In this document: positions 46,733-57,719 of the stretch, piece by piece
Position numbering within the stretch: the first letter of the stretch is position 1
Layout of the letters: each line of letters begins with the position of its first letter
Assembly: GCA_963845755.1 (NCBI GenBank)
Contig: CAWJTV010000034.1
Location: 1 to 64,000 of the forward strand
Direction: 5' to 3'
DNA length: 64,000 nucleotides
Origin: an uncultured Planctomycetota bacterium
Lineage (GTDB): Bacteria > Planctomycetota > Planctomycetia > Isosphaerales > Isosphaeraceae
The notes under the pieces: model-generated
Databases searched by the model: none
What the model saw: only the letters and a program-made list of their open reading frames with translations
Told to the model about the DNA's origin: nothing
Translations under genes and position numbers: made by a program

Positions 46733-47686
46733 TTACATGATGTCGCGTAGAACGAGAACCATCCGGTCAACTTCCCGCTCTTCCAGCCCGTGAATGATCA
46801 TGCCGCCGGCATATGCCATTCGACTCATGGAATCGAAATAAGTGCGGTAGAAGGCCTCCAGGAGAAAATGTTCCAACAGATCACGGTCATCGACTTCTCC
46901 GTGCTCTCCCGCCTGGCCCGGCGAAAGACGGTGGCGATTGATGAAGAGCTTGAGTAACGTGCCGTGATGCGCCTTGTCCGATTCGATGGCTTTCCGCACC
47001 TGTTCCTCATCAAGTTCCTCTCCGCGGGCAGGGTTCTTGGCGTGTGCGAGGACGATGTCAGGACCAAGCCAATCGAAGGCCTCCTCGAGAATCTCCGCCA
47101 TCCGGTGCAGCTCACCGGGACGGATCAGGTTCGCCGGGTCGATCACCACCTTGAGCCAGGGAGAGTCGACCTCGTCGAGCAGCATGCGGGCCTTGGTCAC
47201 CGAGTTGACCACATTGTTGATCTCGGGCTCGAAGGCCAGTGTGACCTCGTTCCGATCGGCGATGCTCACAGCTTCCTGTATCGAGTGCCGCAAGAGGTCC
47301 CAGGTGCTACGGCAAACGTTGTCGGGATGCCATCGCCACATATCTTCCGGGTCGCGCGTGCCCGTGCAGATCGTGATGATCCGCGTATCCAGCCAACGGC
47401 AAGCCGCAGCGAGGGCCCCAAGACGATGCAGGTTCTCCCGGAGGCGAGTCTCATCGGGATCGCAGAGGTTGAACGTGCCCGAGATCGCGGCCATCGTCAA
47501 GCCGCGCTGGCGGAACTCGCGGGCGATCCAGATGCAACGGTCCTCGTCGAGTCGTTCGGGGAGTGTCGGCAATCCCGCGCACGACGTATTGAACTGCACG
47601 TGAGTCAAGCCACGGTCCGCGATGGCGTCGAGGGTTTCCTCGAGGGTCGCCCGCGGGAAAGTCTTGGCGAAGATCCCCAGATGCAT
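46733..47686 (-). CDS. Sugar phosphate isomerase/epimerase (TIM barrel)
   Basis: MHLGIFAKTF, ISGTFN, ICTGTRD, AFEPE, VIDPANL, LAHAK. Start overlaps the upstream stop (TGATG). Confidence 0.85.
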   Translation of the reverse strand: MHLGIFAKTFPRATLEETLDAIADRGLTHVQFNTSCAGLPTLPERLDEDRCIWIAREFRQRGLTMAAISGTFNLCDPDETRLRENLHRLGALAAACRWLDTRIITICTGTRDPEDMWRWHPDNVCRSTWDLLRHSIQEAVSIADRNEVTLAFEPEINNVVNSVTKARMLLDEVDSPWLKVVIDPANLIRPGELHRMAEILEEAFDWLGPDIVLAHAKNPARGEELDEEQVRKAIESDKAHHGTLLKLFINRHRLSPGQAGEHGEVDDRDLLEHFLLEAFYRTYFDSMSRMAYAGGMIIHGLEEREVDRMVLVLRDIM

Positions 47687-48765
47687 CAGACACCTCCGCT
47701 GACGTCCGCCAGCCGGACAAGCTCCCCGGATTCGACCGAGCGCGGCAACGGCGACCATCGCCTGCATCGCGGCCAGTCCATCGTCGAGGCTCGCCCCGGT
47801 CTGGGGTGCCCCATCCAGGATCGTCGCCGCGAACCCCTCGATTTGCCGCTTGTACGTGTGCGCGCATCCTCGCCGAGCACCCGATGGAACTGCCGGTCCT
47901 TCGTCGAGAAGCATTCGACGTCGCTGGACTTGTGGAACCAGGGCAGATAGACCCGGCCGCTGACGCTGCCGTGCTCGCCGAAGACCTGGAAGCCCTCCTG
48001 GAAGTCGCCGCGGACCGGGATCTGGAGATCCAGGTGTCCCAGCGAACCGTCTTCATAGTCAACCGCGATGAACCAGCAATAGGCGCCGAATCGTTCGAGC
48101 AGCCGGGCGCGGACGCCGACAATCGGTCCGCCCAGGAATCGCGCCGTATCGATCAGATGGCTGCTATGAGTCAGGATGAAATCGCGCCTTCGATCCGCCT
48201 TGGGATCACCCTCGGGCCGGAGCGCCTTCTGGCTTGCCAGCGGGATCGGCTGGAGGTTGTCGGTCATCGCGTAACGATAGATCGAGTCGTAATACCAGGC
48301 CTTGAGCGCGATCCGCTCGCCCATCTCCTCGTGGATGAACTGGCGAGCGAAGGCGATGCCGGGGTCGAAGCGCCGGTTGTTGCCGACCTGGACGACCAGG
48401 CCGGTCTGCGCCGCGCGGTCGCGGAGCTCGCGGCAGGACTCGACCGTTGTACCGAGCGGTTTCTCGACGAGGACGTGCTTGCGCACCTCGAGTGCCTTCA
48501 GGGTCGCGGCCACGTGGAACTGGTCGGCGATGGCGATGATGACGGCGTCAACCTGCGGCTCGGCCAGCATGGCGTCGTAGTCGCGATAGGCCATCTTCGG
48601 CCCATGAACGGCGTCCATCCGATCGCGCAGGTCGTCGGCGAGGTCGCAGATCGCGAACAGCTCGGCGTTGCGCGCCTTGCGGCAGGCGTCGAGGTGGGCG
48701 AACTGCGCGATCGGGCCGCAGCCCAGCACGCCGATCCGTACGCAGCGCGGGTCCTTGACGATCAT
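47686..48765 (-). CDS. Gfo/Idh/MocA family oxidoreductase (compensating frameshifts near the 3' end)
   Basis: IGVLGCGPIA, HVLVEKP, VGNNRRFDP, HLID. Confidence 0.92.
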   Translation of the reverse strand: MIVKDPRCVRIGVLGCGPIAQFAHLDACRKARNAELFAICDLADDLRDRMDAVHGPKMAYRDYDAMLAEPQVDAVIIAIADQFHVAATLKALEVRKHVLVEKPLGTTVESCRELRDRAAQTGLVVQVGNNRRFDPGIAFARQFIHEEMGERIALKAWYYDSIYRYAMTDNLQPIPLASQKALRPEGDPKADRRRDFILTHSSHLIDTARFLGGPIVGVRARLLERFGAYCWFIAVDYEDGSLGHLDLQIPVRGDFQEGFQVFGEHGSVSGRVYLPWFHKSSDVECFSTKDRQFHRVLGEDARTRTSGKSRGSRRRSWMGHPRPGRASTMDWPRCRRWSPLPRSVESGELVRLADVSGGV

Positions 48766-50186
48766 CAATGGTCCCCCGCATAACGCTGCCGGAGGGCCTC
48801 GCGAAGTGCCGTCAGGTTCTTCCGCTCGGCGAGGGCCGCCAGGGCCGCCAGGTGTTCCTTCATCGGGATGTCCTTGAGCTCACCGGATCGATGGACCTCG
48901 ATGGCCTGCATGAGCGACTCCAGGCCGATACGCGGGTCGGTCTTACCATCTCGGCCCTTGATCGAGTTGATCGCCGAGCCGGCCAGGAACAGGATGTTCT
49001 GGGCATTTCCCTTGGATTCGACGTCCTGGAGGTTGAGGATCAGGTTGCCCTGATCGAGCGCCGGCGCGGGTGATCATGGTGGGGTTGATGCCCGCGATCG
49101 GTCGTGTGAGGGCGTCTTCCGAGGCGATCCATTCCGCGCCATAGGGACGGATATAAGGCGCACCGGGCCGTACCGGGGCGGTCTGACGAAAATCGATCCC
49201 GTCGAGCCGAGCGAGCATGTCGATGACCTCGCGCAGATCGCACGGGTCTTGATCCCGATGCCGGCATTGTGCCCGTAGATGGCCGGGGGATTGGCCAGAT
49301 TGCGCGTCGCCTCCCGGACCATGCGCACGGTCCCGCCCGCATAGGTCTCGCTGAACATCACCCCCGAGGCGCCCGCGTCGACGACCGCAAGGACAATGTC
49401 CACGATCTGATGGGGCGCGGCGGTCACATGGGGCGAGTAGACCAATCCCAGCCCGCCGCGTCGATCCTTGACCCGATCGATCGCCGCGACGGCGCGTCGG
49501 GTCCGATCGGCGACCGGCGAGTAATCGAGGTCGGGATAGAGGTCTTCATCCTCCTTGATGAACATGAGGAGCGGGCTCCCGGCCACTTCCTCCACCAGCC
49601 GTCCGACGTCGTCGGGAGTGATCCCAGCCGTCGGTTTGAGGATCGTCCCGAATGCCGGCTGATCAAGGGCAAAGCCCGTCTTCTTGCGGATCCCGACCGG
49701 TCCGTACGCCGGGCCGGGGAACGTCGCGAGCACATCATCCGGGATCTGGAGCGCGATCAGGCGTGCGTCCTGATTCTCGTGCATGTCGAAGATGACGGCA
49801 CCGGCCAGGGTGTGGAGCAGGTCGCACGAGGTCAGGTGGCCGTCGGGGTGCCTCATCATCTTGAGCGGGAATGCGACGTGGAGCAGGCCGATCCGGCCGG
49901 TCGCGTCGAAGGCGTCCACGCCGGCCGCCCGCGCCGAGCATTGCTCGAGCAGCGAACCCCGGGGCGGGTCCTTGATCCCACTCGTCGCGTGATAGCTGAT
50001 TTCTCCGACAGCTTTGGCCAGCGTCTGGGAGCGGAAGGCGAAGTAATACGTCGCCACCACGTGATCGGACACCTTGGGTGGAGGATTCGCTCCTAGGCGA
50101 TCCCCGATCACCTCTCGCAAGAGCTCCTCGCGCACGTCGAAATCATCCCATAGCCGTGCCAGGGTCTCGGTCGTCAACGAACTCAT
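48765..50186 (-). CDS. RuBisCO-like protein (form IV), divergent (frameshifts ~49235 and ~49055)
   Basis: VAFP, FPGPAYGPVGIR, GTILKPTAG, FIKEDE, IYGHNAG, ARLDGID. C-terminal half recovered in other frames, ending ..LRQRYAGDH with stop overlapping the Gfo start. Confidence 0.85.
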
Positions 50187-50371
50187 GATGGCCTTTGCTC
50201 CCGGCCGAGCCCGTGATGTTGGCAGGAAATCTCGGTGAGGGCTCGGTCTCCTGGCTTCTCAGGATACTGCACCGCGCCTCATTTTGCACCGGTGTCACCG
50301 ATCCGTCGCGGGCTCCCCGGCCTTCTTCTCTCATCGATACATCGATTCAGTCGAGCTGCGGTTTTCTCGGA

Positions 50372-50400
50372 TTGACAGGATTTTGACGGGGGGATAGAGT
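50372..50400 (+). promoter_or_regulatory. Putative sigma70 promoter
   Basis: TTGACA-17 bp-TAGAGT. Confidence 0.6.
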
Positions 50401-50747
50401 TCCCCGCGTGAGACGGTCAGGCGCGACACGGACCGACTTCCGCCGGCCGCTCAATCCGCGTGATGTCGTACAGCTTCAGAAGAATCCAGGTACCCCGGAG
50501 GTCAACTCGCACGGCTCTGGTTTCGGCCCACTCCACTGACAAACACCTCGAACGCCGCCCAATCACCCTCGCGTCGACTCTCCATGTTGTCGCACGATCC
50601 GCGTACGCCCGCGCCGTGGATCGCTCCGAGTGTTGCCGGCTCACTCCTTCGAAAAAGGAGGACGGACCTCGGAGCGAAGACCGCCGCGCACCCGTAGGCT
50701 CATCCAGGACGGCGGATCACGACGCGAACGGCCGAGAGGGCGTTCTC

Positions 50748-51527
50748 ATGCAACGGATGCGCAGCGTCATCGTCAGGGCAGGTCTTGTGTTGCCCCTCTT
50801 CGTGCTCGGCAGCGTCTGGCTCCCCGCGCGTGCCGACCTGATCCGCACCAAGCCGGGCCGGTCCTTCCCGGATATTGCCGGCGATATTGCGGGCAGCCAG
50901 ACCTACAGGTACGACCCGGCCACACAGACCGGTACCTTCTCCCTGGTCAACGCGCCCCACCTCATCTCCCTGGGACCTTCGGACAAGGACCTCGTCCCGA
51001 TGCAGCCGGAGAAGGATGGGACGCTCACCCAGTCGCTCAAGATGAAGCTGGACCGCGAAGGACGACTGATCCAGAGCCCGCTCAACCGGTTCGAGATCCG
51101 CGGCACGGTGGTGATCGGCGATCGGACGTACCAGGGTCTGCTGCTCGAAGGGAAGCCGACGGCCTTCGGCGCCGGTGGCCCGAACGCCTCCACGGCGCGG
51201 AGTTCGGACGTCTTCGACCTGAATATGAACATCACCGGGGGCGAGCTGGCCGGCGCATTCGGAACGGAGGCCTATCTACGCATCACGCCCCAGGCCAATA
51301 GCACGTTCCAGGGCGAGTTCACGACCGACTTCTCGGGAGAGCGGCCCCTCACGAACCTCCGAGCCCTCAACCAGCTTCCGAGGTCGGTCCCTGGGCCGAT
51401 GACCCTGATCGCCATGCTGACCTTCGTGGCCGGGTTGCTGGCCTACCGGATGCGCCGATACCTGATCCGGATCGAGCGCCGTCGGTATCATCCCACGAAT
51501 CGGAAGCCCAGTCTCTGGGTCTCCTAG
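50748..51527 (+). CDS. Secreted protein with PEP-CTERM-like sorting signal (VPGP variant)
   Basis: Signal peptide ending PARA-D. C-terminal SVPGP, hydrophobic helix, then Arg-rich RMRR. Confidence 0.65.
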   Translation: MQRMRSVIVRAGLVLPLFVLGSVWLPARADLIRTKPGRSFPDIAGDIAGSQTYRYDPATQTGTFSLVNAPHLISLGPSDKDLVPMQPEKDGTLTQSLKMKLDREGRLIQSPLNRFEIRGTVVIGDRTYQGLLLEGKPTAFGAGGPNASTARSSDVFDLNMNITGGELAGAFGTEAYLRITPQANSTFQGEFTTDFSGERPLTNLRALNQLPRSVPGPMTLIAMLTFVAGLLAYRMRRYLIRIERRRYHPTNRKPSLWVS

Positions 51528-51546
51528 CCCGGCCGGAAACCGGCTC

Positions 51547-52382
51547 TCAATCCGCCTGCAACGACGCCGACAGTTTCCCGAGCGCCTCGTTCTCGATCTG
51601 GCGGACGCGCTCGCGGGTCAGGCCGAGCGATTCGCCGATCTCCTTGAGCGTCTTGGGTGGGCAATCGTTGAGCCCGAACCGCATCCGCAATACGGTCGCC
51701 TCGCGCTTGTCCATCTCGTCGAGCCGGTCGAGGACCAGCTTGAGGTTGTCGGCCTCGACCATCGCGACGTCCGGCGTGCGGGTCCGCTCGTCCATCAGCA
51801 TTTCGCCCAGGCTCCAGCCGTTCTCCGGCTGATCGGTCTGAGGGACGAGGTTATACACTTTGATGGCTTTCTTGACGATCGCCAGCTTCTTCTTCGGGAG
51901 TTTTAGGGCCTTGGCGATCTCCTCGATGCTCGCCGGACGACCCAGATCTTCCTGGAGGTCGGCGGCCATCCGCCGCCACTTGAACAGCAGCTCGACCATG
52001 TAGGCGGGGATGCGGATCGGCTTGGCCGTGTTGACCAGGGCCCGCTTGATCGATTGCTTGATCCAGTAGCTCGCGTAGGTGCTGAACCGCGTCCCGACGG
52101 CCGGGTCGAAGCCCTGAACCGCGCGGAGCAGGCCGAGGTTCCCTTCTTCGATCAAGTCCTGGAGCGAGAGTCCCTTTCCGATGTAGCCCCGAGCAATATT
52201 CACGACCAGCCGGAGGTTCGCGCGCACCATCCGGTCGCGCGCCAGCTTGTCGCCCGCGCAATCCGATGGGCCAGTTCCTTCTCCTCGTCGGCGGTGAGCA
52301 GAGCCATCTCGTTGATCTCCCGGAGATACGTCTCCAGGGGGCTCTGAACCGTATCACGGCGATGTCGGCGAATACGGGCCAT
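51547..52382 (-). CDS. RNA polymerase sigma-70 factor, RpoD/RpoS family, lacking region 1.1 (frameshift ~52255)
   Basis: LETYLREI, ANLRLVVNIA, DLIEEGNLGL, RFSTYASYWIKQSI, TLKEIG..LTRERVRQIE. Confidence 0.93.
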
Positions 52383-52425
52383 GAAGATCCTCTTTGAGTC
52401 GATCGCAACTGGGTCCGCTCATCTG

Positions 52426-52706
52426 GGTCACTGGTCATTGGTCATTGGTCATCGGTGGCAAGTTTCCGAGCCGAGTTCACCGGCGGTACCGCCTACGTCG
52501 TACCACGCCACAGATGGAGGATGCGGGATTCCTGGAAGGACACGGTGCCGTCCCGGCCTCTTGTCGAGGCCGGCTCGGACGCCTCTGCGCCTCTCAGATT
52601 CGATCGCCCATTTCCACGGTCATGTACGGGGAGTGCTTGGGTTGACGAGACAGGCTTCCTTGCTCGCGACAGCGCACCAATGACCAATGACGAATGACCA
52701 ATGACC
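52426..52706. repeat. Inverted pair of heptamer tandem repeats (GGTCATT)n ... (ACCAATG)n
   Basis: 52426-52456 and 52676-52706, about 4 units each. Confidence 0.85.
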
Positions 52707-52893
52707 ACGCTGACGGTTCGATACCACGATTTATCGGACCGCAAGCCTGAGAACTTAAGCCTGTCCTGTAAATCTAGGGTGTATTGGGGATTTGAGAAGC
52801 ATGGTGAATTTGGAGGTTCTGCGGATTGTATGGGAGAGACCGATCGAGCGAGATAGGCCGAGGCGTGGCGACGGATTGTGGAAGGCAAAGTCC

Positions 52894-52941
52894 AAAACAA
52901 AAAGCCGTCGTTACTCGACACTTCGGTCGAGACGACGGCTT
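52894..52941 (-). terminator. Rho-independent terminator downstream of rpsA
   Basis: Minus strand aagccgtcgtctcgac-cgaagt-gtcgagtaacgacggctt then tttgtttt. Confidence 0.75.
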
Positions 52942-53011
52942 GGTTGGGGTTGATGTCAACGACGATTCTATGCGGTGGGGAAGGCCCACGGGAAACGGAA
53001 CACGTCGGGGA

Positions 53012-54825
53012 TCAGGATGGCGTTTCTTCCTCGCTGGACTCGGCGGCTGCGGGCGTCGAGCCGCCCATGCTGAAGAGGGGACCGCCACCGCCGAGCCCGC
53101 CCTTGAGCTCCTTGGACTCCTTTTCCTTGTCCTTGGAGGGTTCGGCGACTTCGCCGGTTGGGGCGGCGGATTCTTCCTTCTCGGCCTCGGGCCGGGTCCA
53201 CTGGGCTTTCTTGCGCGAGAGTCCGATCTTCCGCTCGCCCCGGTCGACGCGGAGGATCTTCACCTCGATCTCGTCGCCGACCTTGACGACCTCCTCGGGG
53301 CTGTCCACCTTGTGGTCGGCCAGTTCGGAGATATGGAGCAGGCCCTCCAGGCCCGGCTCGAGCTCGACGAAGACGCCGAAGTTGGTGAGCTTGGTGACCT
53401 TCCCTTTGACCACATCGCCCGGCTCGTATCGGCTGGGGATGTCGGTCTCCCAGGGGTCGTCCCGGAGCTGCTTCAGCCCCAGCGCGATCCGCTTGCGATC
53501 CTGGTCGACATTGAGCACCTGGCAACTGATGCGCTGGCCTTTCTCCAGGATCTCGTTGGGATGGCCGATCTTCCGGGTCCAGCTCATGTCGGAGATGTGG
53601 AGGAGGCCGTCGATCCCCTCCTCGATCTCGATGAACGCCCCGTAGTTGGTGAGGTTGCGGACGGTGCCTTCGACCATGGTGCCCGGCGGGTACTTGCCGG
53701 CGACCTGGTCCCACGGGTTGACCTGGGTCTGCTTCATCCCCAGGGAGATCTCTTGCTTCTCCTTGTTGATGCCCAGGACGACGACCTCGATCTTGTCGCC
53801 GATATTGACCAGCTCGCTGGGGTGGTTGATCCGCTTGGTCCAGCTCATCTCGGAGATGTGGACCAGGCCCTCGATGCCCTCCTCCAGCTTGACGAAGGCG
53901 CCGTAGCTCATGACGTTGACGACCTCGCCGATGACGCGAGTGCCCACGGGATACTTCCGCTCGACGTTCTCCCACGGGCTGGGCGACTTCTGTTTCAGGC
54001 CCAGCGCGATCTTCTCGCGCTCCTTGTCGACGTGGAGGACCATCACCTCGACCTGGTCGTCGATCTTGAGCATGTCGCTGGGGTGGTTGATCCGGCCCCA
54101 GCTCATATCGGTGATATGGAGCAGGCCGTCGATGCCGCCGAGGTCCACGAACGCGCCGAAGTCGGCGATGTTCTTGACGGTCCCCTTGCGTACCTGGCCG
54201 ACGGCGATCTCCTCGAGGAGCTGCTTCTTCTGCTGCTCGCGGGTGATCTCGATCAGCTTGCGGCGGCTGACGACGATGTTCCGCCGGCTCTCATCGATCT
54301 TCAAGATCATGCACTCGATCTCTTGATCGATGTAATCCGCGATGTCGGAAGGGCGCCGGATGTCGACCTGGCTGGCGGGGAGGAAGACGTTGACCCCGAT
54401 GTCCACGAGCAGGCCGCCCTTGATCTTGCGGGTGACGCGTCCCTTGACGACGTCGCCCTCATGGTAGCGGGAGATGACCATCTCCCAGGCGCGCATCCGG
54501 TGCGCTTTCTTGCGCGAGAGGACGATCTCGCCGGTCTCGTCCTCCATCCCCTCCAGGAGGACCTCGACGCTATCCCCGTGCGGGGAGGCGGCTCGTCCTC
54601 CCATTCATTGAGGGGCACGAGCCCCTCGGATTTGTAGCCGACGTCCACGACCACCTGGTCGCCGACGACCTCCACGACCTTGCCCGAGACGATCCGGCCG
54701 ATCTCGAAACTCTGGCCCTCCCCGAGGAAATGGTCGAGAGTGTTGACGCCGTCCTCGCCCATCCCGAGGGCGGTGAGCTCATCGTCGCTGACATCAAATT
54801 CACGAAGAAGATTACGATCTACCAT
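53012..54825 (-). CDS. rpsA: 30S ribosomal protein S1 (frameshift ~54575)
   Basis: VDVGYKSEG, FLPASQVD, FGAFVDLGGIDGLLHITDMSW and further S1 repeats. Confidence 0.97.
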
Positions 54826-55031
54826 GTTGGAGTTCGCTTGCTTGAAAACCGCCCCCGCGACCACGGGAGACGGACCATCGCCTTAGCCGCGGAAGAAGAG
54901 ACAACCTCAACCCGATGCGATCCCTCGATCGAGTGGAGAGGGGACCCTCGTCCGACGCGTCTTCAGCGCATACGAGTTGGTCAATAAAGAAGCCACCCCT
55001 CCACGCAAGGGGCGGACTAATCCAAACTCTC

Positions 55032-55060
55032 ATTATAAACGCGTCAACGGCGAAGAACAA
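55032..55060 (-). promoter_or_regulatory. Putative rpsA promoter
   Basis: Minus strand TTGTTC-17 bp-TATAAT, ~200 bp upstream of rpsA. Confidence 0.5.
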
Positions 55061-55283
55061 CAGCGGATCCCGCATGGAATAGGGCCGATAACGCGCCGGC
55101 CTTCGGTGTGAGCCATCCGGAGCGTCGCCCCGCGCCAAGGGGCGTGTCCGCGTGTCCCCGTCGGCTCGCATCCGGTATTGACCGTGTCGCCGAGCCGGGA
55201 TAGCCTTCGCCGGCCATACGACCGCTTTGCGACCGGCTCGACGGGATCGCACCATCTCCGGAAATTCGGGAGGGAAGCCCACG

Positions 55284-55836
55284 ATGAGAATCGAGCGCGT
55301 GGCTCTGGTGGCTGCGGTCGCCGGCTTACTCTCGCAAGGTGGTTGTGCGACGATGGGGCCGATGGGCGGCGCGCACGCGCCGCCCGCGGACGCGGAGGGC
55401 GCCAGCGGGAGCCGATACGGCTACTCCACCAGCCGGGGGATTCAAGACTTCGCGGCGCCTCCGTCGGCGGTCAAGTCGGCGGTCAACGAGGCGATGGACG
55501 ACCTCAACTTGACGGTCACTCACCGTCGCCATGACGGTTCCGTTTCTCAGATCGATGGCCGGACATCCGATGACCGGACGGTCGTGGTTACCGTCCGTCC
55601 CCGGCAGGGGAAGATGCAAGTCAGTTGCCGGATCGGTTGGTTCGGCGATGATCCGCTTTCCCGGACCTTCCTCGAGCGAGTCGGCGTCCGCCTGGGAACC
55701 GCCCCCCCCGCGGCCATCCCCCAGGACCTGCCCAGCGCCGGCCTCGAACCCGATCTTCTCCCGCGACGCCATCCCCGACTCCGTCATGCTACGCGACTTC
55801 GCCGACGCTCCCTCTCGGGGTCGGCCGGACTTTTGA
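55284..55836 (+). CDS. Lipoprotein, DUF3568-like (frameshift ~55740)
   Basis: Lipobox-like LLSQGG-C, AVNEAMDDL, RIGWFGDDPLS. Confidence 0.65.
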
Positions 55837-56661
55837 GCCCGGACCGAAACGCGCGACAAGTGAGCCGGACGGATTCGTGCGTGCCTGGACCTGCGGCTTC
55901 AGGAATCTCGGGAAGTGGGGACGCCGCGGGAAACGGTTGGACCGGGCAGACCGCTCGGTCCCGTTTGCACGCCATCGCCTACTTTGGCCTTCCGCGGCCC
56001 GCGCGACCAAGCATCCATGCCGAATCGGGCAGCGGACCGTGCGGCCAGGGGGCGAGGAAAACAATCGGGAATCGGCTCCCCGATCGCCTCGCGACGATAG
56101 GCCGATCCGCGGCGCCACGCATCCTTGCCGCCTGGAATCGACCCTTCTTTTCGGGATTCATTCTCCAATGACCAATGCGTGTAAAAATGAGGATATGAAC
56201 GATTTTTTCACGCAATCACGCTTTAAGCTGATCTTCGTATTGCCGACCATCCGTCGGTTTCCTGCGAGCGATCGTCAAAATACGACGATCCGGGCCGTCC
56301 GTCAACCCTCTCCCGAATTTTTTTCGATAAGGAATCGGAGCATCGGAATCTCGGTTCGACGCGTCAAATTTCGGGCAGCCGGTCGCACCTCGATATCCTC
56401 GGCCGGCATTCCCGGGATCGGCGAGCCAGGAGTTGCGTCGGCCAACAATCCCTGTCAAACTCGGTACCGTGGGGATCGGATCGGTCTCGCAGGAAACGGA
56501 AGGGTTTCCAGAGCCCGGAAAATCGGCCATAATAGACGCTGCACTTTGCCGGCTGTCGGACCCGGTCGTGGAGAGCTTCGCTGGCAGGCAGGGAAAGTCG
56601 GATAGGCGGAACCGGCGAACGATCAGGGGCGGGTCGTGGCGGATCTCGGAGGCCTCGAGCG

Positions 56662-57707
56662 ATGACAGCACGGATCGGATTCGATCATTACACCATCGCG
56701 CACCGGGGATTCACGGCCGAAGCGACCCTGGAGTTCGCCAGGGCCCATCGTTTCGACGGGGTCCAGTTCCTCGAGCCCGCCGCGATCGATCGGTCGCTCG
56801 AGCCCGCTCGGCTCCGGGCGTTCCGCGCCAAGGCCGACGCCATGGGCCTCTATCTGGAGGTGGGCCTCCCGTCGCCGAATCCGGTGCGCCGCTCCCGGGA
56901 GATCGGGAGCGAGGTCTCGCCGGCAGAACTGGCCGTCGAGCTTGGCTCGCACCTCGACGCGCTGAGGGAGCTGGGCTGTGCTCACGCGCGGCTCTATATC
57001 GGCGACCGGCACGATCGTTTCCGGATGGACACGCCGTGGGACCTTCAGATCGCCGCGAGCCTCGCGGTGATCCGGCACCTGACGCCCCTGCTCAAGGAAC
57101 GAGGCATCCGCCTCGCGATCGAGACCCATGGCGACCTGACCGTGGACGAATTGCTCGGCATCGTCGACGCGCTGGATCCCGAGGTCGCCGGCATCACGCT
57201 CGACACGGGGAATCTCCTGATGCGGCTGGACGATCCGCTCACGGCGACCGAGAGGCTGGCCCCCTGGGTGCTGGGAACTCACGTCAAGGACGCCGCGCTG
57301 GAGTTCACCCGCGCGGGTTGTGCTGGCAGGCCCGGCCGATCGGGTCCGGCATCCTGCCGATGCCCGATATGCTGGCCGCGATCCTCCGCCACCGTCCGAC
57401 GATTGCCCTGTCGATCGAGCTTCATCCCCGGACCTACGACCTACCCATCTACGATGCGCGATGGCTGGGCTTCTTCCCCGCGCTGCGTCCGGCGTCCCTG
57501 GCCGCCGTCGTCCACCTGGCGGTCGATTGTGAACGCCGATATGCCGAGGCGTCGCTCGCCCGGCCCGAGGTGATCGAGGCGATTCCCTGGGCGAGTCGCG
57601 ATCTCGACTGGCTCGCCAGCTCCCTCGGCTATCTCCGATCCGTGGTGCCGACCTTGAGCGAGTCCGCGCGCGACCTGGCCGCGACGAACGCGGTCCCTGA
57701 CCGCTGA
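56662..57707 (+). CDS. Sugar phosphate isomerase/epimerase (TIM barrel), frameshift ~57325
   Basis: LAIETHGD, ITLDTGN, THVKD, IGSGILP, LSIEL. Confidence 0.85.
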
Positions 57708-57719
57708 GGCAACCACCCG

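Noticed and set aside
48765..50186. Bona fide CO2-fixing RuBisCO
   Set aside because: Lacks K177, R295, loop-6 Lys and SGG equivalents; no small subunit or phosphoribulokinase nearby.
53012..54825. rpsA and other frameshifted genes as pseudogenes
   Set aside because: Essential genes with fully conserved motifs on both sides of the break; sequencing error is far more likely.
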